Assembly (NCBI GenBank): GCA_977016875.1
Contig: CDRNST010000233.1
Span: 434,001-498,000, forward strand
Length of the DNA: 64,000 bases
From: Pavona decussata
Lineage: Eukaryota
Reading direction: 5' to 3'
Shown here one piece after another: positions 12,821-27,889 of this stretch. The notes under the pieces are model-generated. The model was given only the letters and a program-made list of their open reading frames with translations. It was not told the DNA's origin and ran no database searches. A program made the translations under genes and the position numbers. Numbering within the stretch: the stretch's first letter is position 1; every line of letters begins with the position of its first letter.

Positions 12821-15800
12821 TCATTTCTTTCTTCCTCCACGTTCCTTGAGCTGTAGCTGCACGACACTGGTAGGGATGACATTGTAATACGCCAGCGTGT
12901 TGGAATCCTTGATAAAAATGCCCTGTAAAGATCAAACAACTTAGGTAAGAAACTAACAAGGTAATGTCCTAATACACCTATAGGAGATGCCCAACAAGCA
13001 GCATGACACTGAACAATTTGCCACTACCCATTTATTTTGAGAGTTGTTTTGCCAATCCTGGACAACGAGCTCCACGTCAAAAGAAACAGTAAACACGTCA
13101 AACACAAGATTTGGGCACAGAAGGGTGCGAACAGTACTTCTGTTGCGCCTTTAAACATTAAATAACCAAAACCGCATTACATTGTAAACACGAAAATAAG
13201 AAATAAAGTAACGGACGCCACAGATATAATTGAATTGTTTGATACTTGACAAGAAGACTAAACCTACAGCACTCATCACATTAGTAGAGCACTTTTCTCT
13301 GCGCTCCCACGCCCCCGACCCCGCAGTATATTGAAATCATCATCCCGCCGGAAATCCTTACTATTGAGCTACCTCAAAATTCACCAGAGTTACCCTTTCG
13401 CTCACAGGAACCGTGAAATTTCAATTAACTGGACAAGAAATGGGTATGAAGGTAAACTTTACAGAGCTGTAACAACAACACCAGCAACAGACATTGATAA
13501 ATGACATTGATTTTACGATTATGACATTTCTTACCCCGAGCTGTAGTTTTTGCTTTCCAGCTGGCATTCCGGTAATCTCGTGAAGCTTGGCCTTGATAAC
13601 AGAAACCTAACAAAACAATAAACAGCGAGAAACGTTAATAGTAAAGTACGAAATACAGAGCTAATGACCCATTTAAGGAGATTCTTGCTGAATAAATCCT
13701 TAAAGCTACATTTGTTTTGTTTTCTTTCGTTGGTTTTTGTTTGTTTTCGGCATAAGCGGGCTTACGGTAACAACACAGTATATTTATTCTATCTATTATG
13801 AAAAACATCATAACAGTGGATGTCGTTTAGGACATTTCCTTTTAAAAATATATATATATATATATACAGTATACAAAATAGCTGAATTTTTGAAAGCGGG
13901 ACCGCCCAGGTCACGCTTCTTTCAGAGTTCGGTGTGAATGTTTCTTTTGTTGCTGCTATTGTTGTTGTTGTTGTTTTTTTTCCTTAAAGTCGCCAATATA
14001 AAAACATAAGGTCGTGCAGTGTTTTTGTTCTCTCTCTTCTCCCTTGTTTCTCCTTTCTTCTCCCTTTTGCGTCATTCGCAACCTTCTCGGACCAAACAAC
14101 CCGTGTGTCGGTGTCGTTTCACGAAAAGTGCTCACGTTTTTAACGGCCACAAATAAATACAATAAACTTAAAATCATTGTACAAATGAAACAACGTAGCG
14201 GGACCTCCGTCCCGCAGACACACAAAGCCTCATGTAAAGACAACGTATTGCAGATTTGGAGTTCATAGTTAATCACAAAGAAGAGTTTCAGAACTTTGTT
14301 CTCTTTGGAGCTGTGTAAATCTTCCTTTTTTGAATGAAAAGATCAGTAAACAAAAGGTGAATAACCTTAGCCTGCAGACGAGACATGTATTTGGTGCGCG
14401 AGCGGCGAGCGAAGCGAACCGCCCCCGCCCCAATCCTCTTGCGGCTGACTTAATAGAGAGCTTGCTGGTACGCTAGAGTAGCCTCGGTACAAGTGCAACA
14501 CTGACCTGATCTGTTAGCGGCAACGTAAGTCTGATGGTATTGCCGTCCAGTTTCCATTCGGTCTTATCTGGCATATGAGGGATCTGGACACCAAATGAGA
14601 CTGGGTTGGGGTGGGATGAGAGGAATATGTCTTCAGGGATAAGATTTGCCTCCGCGGGCTCAGCTCTCGACTTCTTACCGCCCATATCGTCTCCTTCCGC
14701 GTCGCGTTTGCTTGGCATCGGAGGGGCAACAGGCGGGTTGGGGTTCACAAACGGGGGAGGCGGCATACTTGGGAGTCCACCCGGGGGTGGGGGAGGTGGA
14801 ACACCTAGGGATAAACAAGTACAATAACTGAGTTAATAGCAATGGTTATCAATGTATCTGAAAACTGCTTACGATAAGCTATTACATGGGATTGCCTAAA
14901 CAATGCCTCGTGCAACAACCCAACCCTTGACACATCAAAATTCTAACCGAACTGCATAGCGTACGTACGGGGTAAGACTTTTTTCTTTTCATTAAAACTC
15001 TTCTGGGAATTATAAGACAAAGGAATTTAGAGAAATGGTTAATTCTGCCTAAAACGTTTAAGAGTCGTCTTAGAATACATATGTAGAGCGAGCGCGGTTA
15101 GCACTTGACGAAAATTGAAAATTGAACAGACTGTCGACTCCAGGAAGGTTCCAGTGCCGTTTAACATGTTCTAATTCATCCGTATAAATACAGTCATTAG
15201 GAGAGGAGGAAGAGATAAAGTATTAAGCCAAACGATTGTACAAAACCTTACTCAGTTCATTGAAATACTCGTCATCCTCACCTAAAAACTGTGGTGGTCC
15301 ACCAGGCGGGAGTATGGGAGGAGGGGGTGGTAGATTCATCATTGTTGACAAGGGGGGTGGTGGAGGTGCGCGCGTCATAGTCGTTGCACTCATCGAGGGA
15401 GGGGGCGGGATAGCTGTTGTCGGTATTCTACTTGTTTCAGGTTTTTCCTGACCAGGTACTTTTGGACCGATTCGTTCTCTCTCTTCCGACGGCCTGGAAA
15501 AAACATCATACATCATGTAATAAACACCGGTCAGACTGACAGTCATTTAGAATTAAAAGTCCCCTTTGGAGATTTTTAAAAGATGAGGACGGCTTTTTTT
15601 GTCACGAAAACGGGGCCGAGCTGAAGACATTTGAAACGCCTCATTCAGAACATAAGAATTAACGAGAAATTGCCGGGTGGTGTAAGAGTAATGTTTAAGA
15701 TTTTGAGATACGGAATATATTTTACAAGTTGTTTTGATAAAATATTTATTTCTAGCATAGCTTTGCAGGTGTACAGTTCTCAACTATTTCAAATGGTCGC

Positions 15801-18800
15801 AAAAGATAGTCACTTGTAGACTCTTTGAATACGAACGTAGCCTTTCTTGGCAACATTTAATTCCTCCTTCAATTTTCAAGAGACGTGACAGTCTATTTAT
15901 TTATCGTATTTGCTCATTTTCGCAAACGAGATTAAAGATTCGATAATTCGACTCTAGAGTTCAAAGGCATAAACAAAGCTAAACCGATCAAACCGTCAAA
16001 CTCATTCCCAGGGTCGCCGCGGAATCATGCAAGGTGTAAGGACAGACCCTGGTAACGAGTCTGCTGCGACCGTAACACGCTTGTTACTCACATGAGTCCC
16101 TTGGACTTGTGTATCGCTTCAATCTGTTGTTCCAAAGTGACGCCTTGTTGAGCCAAGCGAGAGGTGGCGGCCATGGATGCTGTGTGACCATCCCAAGTCA
16201 CCTTCTCTGGTTTGCGGATGTCTTCTTCACCGATCTTTTTACCGATCATCGTTTCCTCGTCTCCTGCACCGAAGATATCTGTACGACGCTCAGCAAGCTG
16301 CTTCAGACTGCTTCCAATGGACATGCCTGGCAAATGACAAGTACGGCAAGAGGAATCAAGGTTTGATTGCATCACTTAAAGGGACTATGTCAGCTGGGGA
16401 ACATGCGCAGTAGAGTCCAGTTGCGACTAATTGTATACAACTCGTCGCGGTAAACAGCTTCTGTAATTACTAAAGAACGTTTCTAAATAGAACATTCAGC
16501 TAACTTTCTGAAAATGAACGGGATTCAAACAGATGAAAACAGCTTCCTGAACTCTCCGACGGTATTTGAAAAAGTTGGGCTAACGATTTCAAAGTGATTC
16601 TCATCAACGCGCGCATGCGCCGCGGGTAGCATAGTCCCTTTTAACCCAAGAGTATCGGTATAAATTTGTGTGTAGCAAACACATTGCATCACCACATGAT
16701 GGTCTATAAATATTCCGCTAAAACTGGAGTTCTCCGTAGATGCTAAGACTACAATAGGCTCGATTCGATATAACTTGGCAATGAGGCCAAGAGGACACAA
16801 AAAAGCAAATTGAACAATCATGTTTATTCATTTCTGTTGTTTGTGTCCTCTGGACGTCTATATCAAGTCGAATTTTAATATTTCGAAAGGAGGCTATTGT
16901 GTAGTAGTTGCTTGACACCTTGCAAACTTTAACGGCCATACTGGTGTAACAGGAACCGCATTTTGTATAGTGACAAAGCATCCAGCTTCTCCCTACAATA
17001 TCACTGCTTGATTAAACATTCAGGTTATGAGAATAAAGGAAATGATGACCAGAGATAAAATGGCTGATTTTAAACAAATTTTCCGAACTGGTGCTTCAAG
17101 AAATATAGGAGAACACTGAGAAGGATACGCATGTTATCGTTAACGATTTATTAATGGTGAAACAAGGAGAACGTTGACGTTGAGGAAGTTCCGGCTACAA
17201 AGGGCTAGTCAATTTTTTTTTTTTATTTTTGGCGTAAATTTACAAACAAAAGAAAAAAAAAAACAGCCAAAAGAGAAAAATAGCACTTCCGATAACAGAG
17301 ACGGCTAGGAGGTTCTTATTTTGTTGTAACACACTGTGACTAAATAGCGACCTTCAGATCAGAGTACGAGTGCGACTTTCAAATTTCAAATCAGTCCTTC
17401 CCGTTGTTTACCAGCGGACAAGGAGACCCAAGAAACAAGATTGGTGTGACGAGTGGTTATCTAAGCCACGCAAACTAGATTGGAAAAGTCGTATTTTTTA
17501 CTCCATCTTGTACTCGTAGTCAAATCTGGAGGTCCCTAATAACATGAAAACAATGCGCACAATGCTGACTAAATACTTGACGTGAACGCTTACCCTGACC
17601 ACTAGGAGCGGCTTAACTTTAGTGTCAAAAGTAATTTTGCGTTTACTTTACTGCGCTCTGTGATTAATTAGCTAAACTCGCGCCAGTTTCTGAACTTGAC
17701 CAATGAGAAGCAAAATCAAAACTAATCGCGTCTTACTCGCACGCGTGGCGCAGTTTACATGTACTGTCTTCAAATTCCGATTGGTTCATTGCGCCATTTC
17801 CGTCCATTGTTTAGGGTTTGGTTTTACGACACTGACATCTAATTGATAATCGCTCTAAGTTAACTTGTATTGGTTTAGTTACTTAAACATAGTTAACATT
17901 TTTGACCAGAGCAAGCAGTCTCGCTTTTGCTCGAAATGCGTGGGAAGGAACGCAAAAAAAAAAAAAAAAATGAGCAAGTACGATGTTCGAGGAGCGTCCG
18001 ACTCGCTCAGTTTCCGCCGGCGTTCTTCTCCGCAGATTTTCGAGCAGAAGAGAGACTGAAAGCAGTCTTAAATTTTTGCAGCTTGTCAAGATCAAGGCTA
18101 ACAGCGGAAAACAAGCATAAAAACAACTTTGTCTTTATCAATATAAAACAAAACAGGTCTGGACGCAGTGAAAGAAAATACAACACTTACATTATAGAGA
18201 GGCGTCTTACCTTCAGCGAAGACCTGTTCCTGTTCTTTCTTTTCCTGTAGCACTCGATCCCTCTGTTCCCTCCAGCGTGGATCCAACAGACTGATTTTCA
18301 TGTGCTCAGCCATGTTCTCTGCAGGTACACGCTCGCCTGTGATGGGTGAGATGAGGAATTTATCTGAAGGCACAGGAGGTGCAGCTGCCTTTGGTGCCTT
18401 GGGATCGTAACCTCGTCGGATTTGGATATTTGCACCAGGGGCTGTGGGAGGCAGTGGTGGTTTGGGTCCAGGCTCTAACGGGATCGGTGGAAGAGGCACC
18501 TCGTTGGAGTCCAGATTATTCTACAAGATACAAAATGTATGTACGTTAGAAATAATAAGTAAAATGGCTATTTGCCTGTAAAATCTTTGTTTGTTCTTGA
18601 TCTTAGCAACAGAAAATGAATTTTACATCAATTGAAGGGCTGAGAGCATAACCGACCTATGTCGAATTTTAGGCCGGTTTTTTTTTCTTCTCGGATTTGT
18701 CTCAATTTATGTTTGCTTTCATACCCTATTTCAATACTACTTTAATTTGTGTAATCGCAAACAACTGAGGGTAGATAAAAGTGATTTTTTTTGTTTTGTT

Positions 18801-21800
18801 TTTGTTTATTATAGTGATCAAATTGCCCTTTCACCAGTGCACTAATGGGTTAAAAACCATTTAGTACCACAACCATTAAAATGGAATGCGCCAAATGCTA
18901 AGATGACAAAATTAATGCCTGACCAATTATTATGTCCTACCAAAGTACAGGTCTGATAGGAAAGGTAAGAAAGAAAATTACCTTGAACACTGGAAAAACC
19001 ATGGTCCAAGCAAGTACGGTACATAGAATAGCTTGGAAACTTGACTTACCACACTGGGATCCTTAGAGGGAGGTGGAGGGGGTGGAGGAGGGAGGACTGG
19101 GGGTTCGGGTTCATCCACTTCCATCTCCACATCCATGTTGACTTCTATGTCTTCAGGGGCACCTCCTTCATCCTAACAAATACATGTAAAACGACTTGAT
19201 AACTCACTGAAAGCTACTAATACTAACTACAAATCTGTTATTATGGGCAAGAGTTGATTAAGTCATGGAGAACAAGAATTAATGAAAATAAGTTCAACAG
19301 GGATTTTCTATGTTACAGACAAGAAATTTTGATTCTGGTGTTACAAGTATAACAAAAGTTCACAGTACATACAAATGAAAGCTATGCTGGACAAAACTGT
19401 CCTGTTTTTGGAGTCCACGGATACCTGTACTGTACCTTCATGGAGCACTGTTTAGCTTAGAAGGATTTCAGATTGCACATAACAACTTTAAATATCCAGG
19501 TCTGTGCAAGATGTACCTCTAGCAAACATGGTATGTAACAGTAAGCATACATGTAGCCACTGGTTGACAGGACACTTTCCCATAACAGTACATAATCATT
19601 ATGTTTTGTATTATTAGGGTGAATATACCTTAATTTTTAGTTTGTCAATGAAATCACAATATGAGCATTTAAGCATAGCCACTGAACACATTTTTCCTTT
19701 AGTATGGCATAATGTCCTCTCCCTAGCTGGTTCTAATTTTTGATTATGTGGATGAAAACATTTAATAAGGAAACATAACCATTCAAGCAAAAGCTGTTAC
19801 GCAGTAATTAATTCCTGAAGTACTGTTTATTATGCTCTATAGTCTCTGAATGAAGTCATCATGTGTGATCATACCTGTAGGTATTGATAAAATTATAGAC
19901 TTTACAAGTACATTGTACATGTGCTCAACATGACGTTTTTGTGGTACTGACAGTTGCTCAGTCTACATTTTTTCTGAAGGGTGGACCTGTAATTCTTTTA
20001 GGCCAACATTATTAGATGGGAGACTTACTGTAACACTTGCACAGAGAGAGAAAGCAACATTTTTTAACCTGTATCTGTTCATATCGCTCCTGTGCCAATA
20101 CCCGTGCTCCAAGCTGTTCCTTGCTCACTGGTGGTGGTAAGTTAGCTACAGGAAACAGAACCAACATAGAAGCAGTGTAAAATGTCTGTGACAACAGTCT
20201 AATCTTTTCCTCTTTTCCAAAGTCAAAAGGATCAACTCAAGAGGTAAAAGAGATTAGCACAAAGTAACAAAGAATTTCAACCAAGCAATGATGATGGCAA
20301 TTGTGACGACAACTGATGATGGTGATGAAGATGATAATAATGTCTTAATTTGTTTGCTAAAACTGTATATCAAAAGTCTAAAACGCAAATTCTATGTTGT
20401 TGAGGAACAACCCTAACACAAAACTTCCATAATTACGTAGTAAGAGACTAATCAATCTTTTTCCTTGAATAACTATGATTGCTTTGGCAACTACATATAA
20501 TATTAACCATGACTGCTTGAACAAAATTTTCTGTTCCTCTTGCAATAAAATGTTCACCCTGGATTACCATGTGTACAGTGTACAATCAAACCTCTGTAAC
20601 ATTTACATAGGTGGCAAGGTGGCATACTTCACTGGCCACATACATGTAAGGGAGATGTCAAAATTATACCGGTGAGGGTTTTAACATTGGTTTACATAAA
20701 AGCTCTAGTGCCTATTATTTGTTACATAAGTCATACAGTAACTAATGTCTGATTTTATCAACTCTCATTTAAAACTAAACATTCGTTTCTACTCCTCAAC
20801 CAACACAGCAGCGCATTTCCTTTACAAACTAACCCTGTTATCACACAGTAACTAAACCATACCAACCTGTTTCACTGTCCTTGAAGTCTACTGTTTCCAC
20901 AACAACAAAGTCATGCCAGTCTACTTGGGCAAAAGCAACTGTAGACAAAGAAAGCATTACTTGCATAAGAACACAGGAACTTACCAAAGTACATACATTG
21001 TACATGTGTACATAGGAGTTTATTCTAAATCTAATTCTCCTTGCTTTATTAGAGATTCCAGATTTGCATGGAAACAAAAAAGATGTAAAAAAAAATATTG
21101 GTTTACTGAGTTGTGAGCTTGGGACACTTCACCTCAGCAAACTTTCAGCTGCAACAAAAGTAACAGGAAGATCCTTCTGATATACAAAACAACACAGTCC
21201 AGATTTTCTTCACCTGATCAAAACATATGAGTTGCTGTGTTAAAATCCTTGAAACACTTTACTTTTTGTTGAATTAACAGTACAACAACTGAGATCTTTC
21301 TATAGTACTAAGCAGGTAGACATGCTTTTTTTTTTAGAAATTCAAATACTTTCAAATAACTACATGCAGCTACTGTAACAATAATTATGACTTTACATGC
21401 ACATGTATCAGTGAACCTTAATTTTCATCATTTTTTTTTTCTTCAGTTTTGTAGTTAGGCAAGGAAAAAAAAGATACATGTACACATGTAAACAAGGGAA
21501 GCAAAAACAGAAACTTCCTCTCTCTCCCTCTCCCTTCCAAAAGCAAATATTCTCACATTGTTGAACTGACCTCTTTCCTTTTCTTTTTCATCCTCCAACT
21601 TCTTCTTTTCTCGTTCCTGGTGTCTTATCCACTCTACACGATACATGACACGATCTAAAATCTGCAAAAGGCCATAACAAGTTGCAACATAATTATGTAT
21701 TTAAGTTAAAAGCCAAATTGTCAGAAATCACAAGAAACAGATTGCAAAAATCTTCTACAATAATACATGTACATTTGCAGTATCTCCCTATTTCAATGAT

Positions 21801-24800
21801 CATGGGGGTTGTAAATCTAAAACACAGATGGCATTAAACATAGTATGCTATATTGAGGCAAAAATTCAGGCAGTCTGCTTTACACCTTGCAGGGTGGCAA
21901 CTTCATTATAGCCAGAATGTGAATGCAAAGCAGAGCTGGTGATAACTTAAAGCAGCACTGGCATGTCCCAAAATAATCCTGTCATAGAGGCTGTACAATA
22001 TCTCAGTTGTCTGAATAAACATCTCCTTCATACATGAACAAATAATGTCCTACATGTGAACATTACATATGTATGCATTACTTATTTTCACCCTAACTTT
22101 CAAGTACATTTTGTGTTTCAAGTCATTCCATAGGGTTAACTGCATTGTATTAAGCAGCCCAATAACATTTAAAGTGTATATGGCAGATTTTTTTTTTCAT
22201 TTGCTTGATCAAGTCTTCATATTGTTCTCATATAAAAATAGAAAAAAAATCCTTAGTAATCAATTTTCTTCCCTTCATTTTTGATTTGAGGTGTATGCAG
22301 ACTGTAAAAATGTGGAATTTCACTTCCGGTGGAATATAATACTGTGCAATATGGGATACTGAGGATAGTACTACATAGCTGTGATGTGATTACAGGTTTG
22401 CCACTTTCACGGCTTTTCTATATTCTTCAGTTTCATTCTGAGCATTCAACATTCCCAGTTACATTTTCATCCACACAGTTTTCTTCCTTTGCACACAAAA
22501 AACAACTGAGGAACAGAGAAACAATGCCATGGGAACTAGCAATCATGTATTGACATCATAGGCTTACTATCCCCACTCTCCTGCCTTGCATTCTATTGTA
22601 TATCCACACCGGAAATGCAATTCCACACTTTTACACGTCTCAAACCTGGCAAAGAAAAATTAATAAGGGAAACAAGGATCACATCACAAAGATTTGATCA
22701 AACAAATATTTAAAAATAAATTCTTTCTGTAGACTTCATTTATATAGCTGCAGGATGAAAGTTTGTTTCCCAAAAATATCAATGTACATATTAAGCTGTT
22801 ATAAATTACAAGGAAACTATTGCTAACACCCATTGCTGTTTCTTGTACCTCTTTGGGATTATTTGCATCTTTCAACAGCTTCTCTTTAACATCACTTGGT
22901 GGAATCAACACCTGGCCAGTGAGAAATCAAACATTATATTTATTTAATAACAATTGAAGGGCTTGGGGCATACCCAATTTTTTTTTACCCATTTTTAGAT
23001 GGAGGGGCACAAGTTTATTAGTTACCTCAACTATTCCGTGCCACCCTCTCTAAATAAAGTGTATCATTATACCCAACCCATATGTGCATTCTACAAGTAG
23101 CTTGCTGGAGGTTCCGCAAGTGGTCTTTGATTCCTTCAATGCTGTTAATACTGATCTGCTGGTTGCGCTTCAGAAATTGAAAACTTCTTTTTACTTCAGG
23201 CAAAAAGCTTTTGGATAATGTTTTCTATGTGACTAACTGTGCTTCATTAAAAAAATAGATTACTGTATTGTTCTATTTGAGGTCTTACCTTTGTATACTG
23301 TTCAACAAGCTTAGTGAAATAGTTGAACAAACTGTGTTGAGGTCGTAGGAAGTCAAACTGATAGTTCCTCTGCAATCAAAACCATTGGAACAGTAAATCT
23401 TAGTAAGAAACATTACACTGTTCAAAACCAGGACATGATAAGCAAAGAATGAGTGATAATATGTATGCAAAAATTCTTATAAACAATAAAAAGAACAACA
23501 TACAATTCAATGTGCATGAACATAACTGGAGATTGTTCATTGTACAGTAAATGTCGATTGTAACTTGTTCACAGCTGTACACATCAGAATGAATGGTAAT
23601 AAACTACAATGCATAATATGCCCACTGTACCTGCTCCCTATTCATAAGATTGGTTAGAAATTGTCTCCCATTTCTTGCCACAAACTGTGCAGTCAATTTC
23701 ACAATATTCCTACCAAAATAACAAAACACTTCTAATCAGGAAAAATTCATTTTTAATATCTGCTTGTGAAAAGGCATTACATAGGCAATGTAACATGCAC
23801 AACAACTTTAACAATGGAACAACTTATAAGTATTATGGACATAAGACGGACAACCAAAAGAATTTCTCAGAGACACAGGGTTTCTGTATAAAATTATGCA
23901 TATTGTACCTACTTAATGTACCAAACACTTCAAGTCATGCCAGTGTGCCAGACTCTTGTTCATGGCATACTGATGGCGTGTACAACAATACATTGTCCGG
24001 ACATTGTAAACCAGTGCTGATGCAAAAAAACATGGACTTTTTAATTAGCATTTTGTTGGTTTTCACATNNNNNNNNNNNNNNNNNNNNNNNNNNNNNNNN
24101 NNNNNNNNNNNNNNNNNNNNNNNNNNNNNNNNNNNNNNNNNNNNNNNNNNNNNNNNNNNNNNNNNNNNNNNNNNNNNNNNNNNNNNNNNNNNNNNNNNNN
24201 NNNNNNNNNNNNNNNNNNNNNACAAGCTGCAAGAAAAATTAACTCTTAGTCTTTTCAATGCAAACAAATGTACATACAGGTCTAATGCAGATATGGTTGG
24301 TGGATCAGCCAAGAATTCAAACTCTGGTGGAGGTTCTTTGGGAACTGGTGGTTCTGCAACAATCATTGGAGTCTGCTGCATCAAGGGTTTAGGCTGAAAT
24401 AGAAAAGAATAATTTAGTAACAAAATAACTTCTGTATTAAGTGGTTAGTACAAAACATAACTATAATTTGCAATGGTCTAGATAAATATTCAGCTCTCTT
24501 GAACTGTTGCAAGAACTTGCTAAACAAATTAACTGCAATCATAATAACACAATGTACAGTGTCTCTACAAATAATGATAGTCATAGAAGTACATCCTTAC
24601 CTTTTGGGGGGCAGGGGTTGTTGGGATGAGCTCTTGAGCTGTTCAAAATACAATATTTGTGGTTAAATATGTGGCAACAAATCGAACGATCACATACATG
24701 TACCACCAGCATCTTGAGTAAGTACTGTATCGTGAGCAGTCTAGTCTAGTAAGCACTGAGCATCCATCAATCTCACCTTTGTCATCCTGTTCTTTTATAT

Positions 24801-27800
24801 CTGCAACTTTTTGCTGGAAATAAGCATGGTAGGGATCTCCAGGATTGAGGAAGTTGAACTTAGGGTTGTTTATTTCATTCTGTCTGATTCTTGACTCAAA
24901 TTCAGGACCTAACACAGCAATGAAGCACACATAATTATGTAGTATTAGTTACATGATGGGTTCACAATAGATTCACATACAATGCGCAGTTCATTCAAAT
25001 TGAGCACTCTTTGGGAGAGTATAAAGCACGACTTGTAATAGCAACATCTTTATACCTGGTGGACCCTTTTTTTTTTTCAATTTAAATTGTTTTCAATTGA
25101 AAAACAGCAATTTTTTGTTGTTGTTTTTTTTTTCAATTGAAAAACAGCACCTTTTTGTTTACTTGTTTGTTTATTTGTTTTCTTTTTCAATGTTTGCCAA
25201 GTAATTTAATAAATATTGTATGCACACTAGGTAAATGTTATAAAGAGGGTACAGAAAAGTCTTATGGAGTGCTAAACCCTATACTTGTAAACTCAACAGT
25301 GTACAGTTAGATTTAGTTCTTACAGTGCAGGCCAGAATTAAGCGAACCAAAACATACGCGTAAAACGCGTCTGCTGCAGACGCGTATACGCGTCTAAAAA
25401 TCTGCAGATGCGCGTCTAGTCAGACGCATTAGTATGTATGAGCTAGCTCATTGTTTTCGTATTGTTGATCTTTCATTGTTCTTTTGAATTGCCTGGGAAA
25501 AGCCTTTCAGAAGGGTTTGACAAAGTATGACTACACTTGTCGACTTTCTTGTAGAACCCGCTCAGCGCAAGAACAACTCCATGTTGTTGAGCGCATGGAA
25601 GAACTTAAATTGTTAAAAAGAAAACTTGCTGTAGGTTCATGTAGGTTCATATACAACCAACAGTTTACATGTATAATACAGATCTATCTGAACCAACAGT
25701 ATCACTCTATTAGGCAGCGTTTACATGAACAGGGTTTCAAATCGTCACGGTTTCATGCCCTTGAAAGCAGTCATGTACTAACAGTATTGGTTAAAACAAT
25801 ATAATTTACTTACCATTTCTTGCGACAAAGCTTGCAGTCTTATCAACAATATCTGAGCGCAATGTTAAGGATACAAGAATGCTACCAATAATCACTTATA
25901 AGTATTTAAATACATCAACAAGTCATGTACATGTAGGTTCATGTAGGATCAACTTAAAGTGCACATAACCCCCAATTTTTTTTTCACTTAAATAAATCTT
26001 TGCACCTGTTCGAAACGCATTGAGCCTTTTTGCTCCTTTTTTCAACCAAATCTTGACTTTTTATAGGCTGTAAAAGTTACAAAATCTAGCCATCATCTGT
26101 CCCATGACCGAGCTAGTAAGGGGCATGGGTCTATTCCTTACTTGACGTGACTAACTGATTTACATTGTATGTATTAAGTCTTTGTGAAAATGCATGCAAA
26201 GAGTAAGTCACATTTCAAATTATTTTTGCTTGAAGATTGCGTGGACAAGACTACAAAGGAAAAATTTCACGCATTTATATGTCAGGCATGAAATGTAATG
26301 CAATACTTTTTTCAAAAGATTCCCCTTTGTAAGATCAGCTTGAAAAACGGCTTTCAGTTCACATAGATCTACCTGGAAGTTAAAAACGTATGTCTTACAG
26401 TAAATTTTTAATTTTGATTCCCAAAAAACTTCACTTGCCTGTCGGGCAAGAGATGGCCAGAATCCACTAGCCCGATCGCAAAATCCACTAGCCGCGGGCT
26501 ATCGGACACGACTTTCTTTGCACGCTGCTTCAATGAGAGGTCAAAACACAAATAGTCAATGACAGAAACAGTGCCTTATATTTACAGTCAGTCACTGAAA
26601 CACTTGCCTATTTGTTTAATACAAACAATTTATCTCTTATATATAATTTATTTATTGTGCTTCTCAAAGTTTAAAAAAAGTGTCCAGTAAAAATTTTAAG
26701 TTTAAATTTATGCATGGAACTACATGGGCATGTGTATAGTCTGTGAAAATAATACCATCAGTATCTGTTGGTTTTGCTACAAAGTTGTTTTGTTGCAGGT
26801 CATTTCGTTATGTACCGATCGGTTTTAACCTTCAACATCCCCCCTCCTGCACCGCCTGGGCATAATTACCCTGGACATTTGACCATAATTTTTTTATTTA
26901 CTATACCATGCCCCAGGAGAGGGAAATTTGTACCAGATTTTTCTTTTTGTCTACTGAAATTTGTGAGTGGGTTTATTTCCTGGTTTTTGGGAGTTGAGGA
27001 GTATTTCAAGGACAGGATTTTGCCTTTCTGAGTGAATGGCTCACTAAAAATAATGGCTTCAAAATAGTTTTGGAAATACTGTTGCAAAACATGACAAGTG
27101 ATTGACTGAAGCTGATTTTGTTCTTGAGGTGAGGTCTTGGATCACTTCAGGGTAGGGTATTTGTATGGCTTTTTGGTCGTGAGAGAAAAAATATTTGAAC
27201 AAACTAAATTTTTAAAAGTTCAAATGCCAGGGGGTGGGGGGGGGGGGTTGCCCAGGGGAGTGAGAGGGATGATGAAGTTTCAAATTGATGGGTGCATTGC
27301 AATGCTACATATTAAAATTGCGATTCTTTACCATTCCAAAGATGAGTTTGTTTTCTGTATGTATGTTGACCCACTGTAAGAAATAAATTGATCTAAAGTA
27401 TTATACTGGTGTACATGTATATCAGTTATCGAAATGTAGTGAAACTACAGGCAACTATGCCATCGAATGACTCCCAAACAGTGAAATTTCATTGCTACAT
27501 AATTTGCTGATTGGACAAATGATGTTTCTTGTCCAATGAAATATAACAGTTCACATTCCTTGTATGCGTATATGAATAAAACACTCAGTCATTAATTGCC
27601 AAGATCAGGAGATGACTGTTTCACCAACAACACAAAGTTCGCATAAGAATTTGAGCTTACACGATTATGTTCATGTGAGACACACTTCATGAATCGAATC
27701 GTATAAATAACTTGGATCGACTTCAATTGCATGAGTAGTGAGTGCTACACGGGCCTACTCAACATCTGTCTACTCAAATCTCGAATAGTATAAACCAGTA

Positions 27801-27857
27801 TTTTGGAAAGATACTTCTCACCTCCGGTGGAGGGTAGATTACTCCAATAGCCGGCAT
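12821..27857 (-). CDS. SF3A1: Splicing factor 3A subunit 1 (SF3a120/Prp21), 18 exons, 727 aa
   Basis: Exons 27857-27815, 25852-25814, 24908-24777, 24638-24601, 24393-24278, 23709-23631, 23369-23289, 22911-22849, 21661-21571, 20938-20867, 20145-20069, 19172-19050, 18520-18211, 16326-16092, 15493-15282, 14804-14506, 13606-13535 and 12922-12821 sum to 2184 nt with matching phases. Encodes two SURP domains (IVDKTASFVARNGPEFE; IVKLTAQFVARNGRQFL), the PRP21 region (AQVDWHDFVVVETVDF), LAERRTDIFG, Pro-rich tracts and a C-terminal ubiquitin-like domain ending LKERGGRKK*. Confidence 0.97.
17345..17538. mobile_element. MITE in an SF3A1 intron
   Basis: Imperfect TIRs TAGCGACCTTCAGAT...GAGTAC and GTACTC...ATCTGGAGGTCCCTA. 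Confidence 0.6.
22302..22635. mobile_element. TIR non-autonomous DNA element; partial related copy at ~51780-51985
   Basis: TGTAAAAATGTGGAATTTCACTTCCGGTG pairs with CACCGGAAATGCAATTCCACACTTTTACA; the internal ACAAAAAACAACTGAGGAA-AGAGAAAC recurs at ~51870. Confidence 0.65.
24069..24221. other. Assembly gap (N run)
   Basis: Run of n. Confidence 1.
25853..27814 (-). other. U12-type (minor spliceosome) GT-AG intron, SF3A1 intron 1
   Basis: 5' splice site GTATCTTTCC; branch site TCCTTAAC at 25871-25864, 11 nt before the exon; no polypyrimidine tract. Confidence 0.85.
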
Positions 27858-27889
27858 ATTATCCAAGAAACGTTTTAGCTTCGTTTACT

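Noticed and set aside
23900-24030. Intronic hairpin (CAGTGTGCCA/TGGCATACTG) as a possible H/ACA snoRNA or miRNA
   Set aside because: I could not find a convincing H box or two-hairpin structure; a covariance-model search is needed.
23675-24423. Long ORFs containing X runs (also near 38000 and 56550)
   Set aside because: Artefacts of reading through N gaps.
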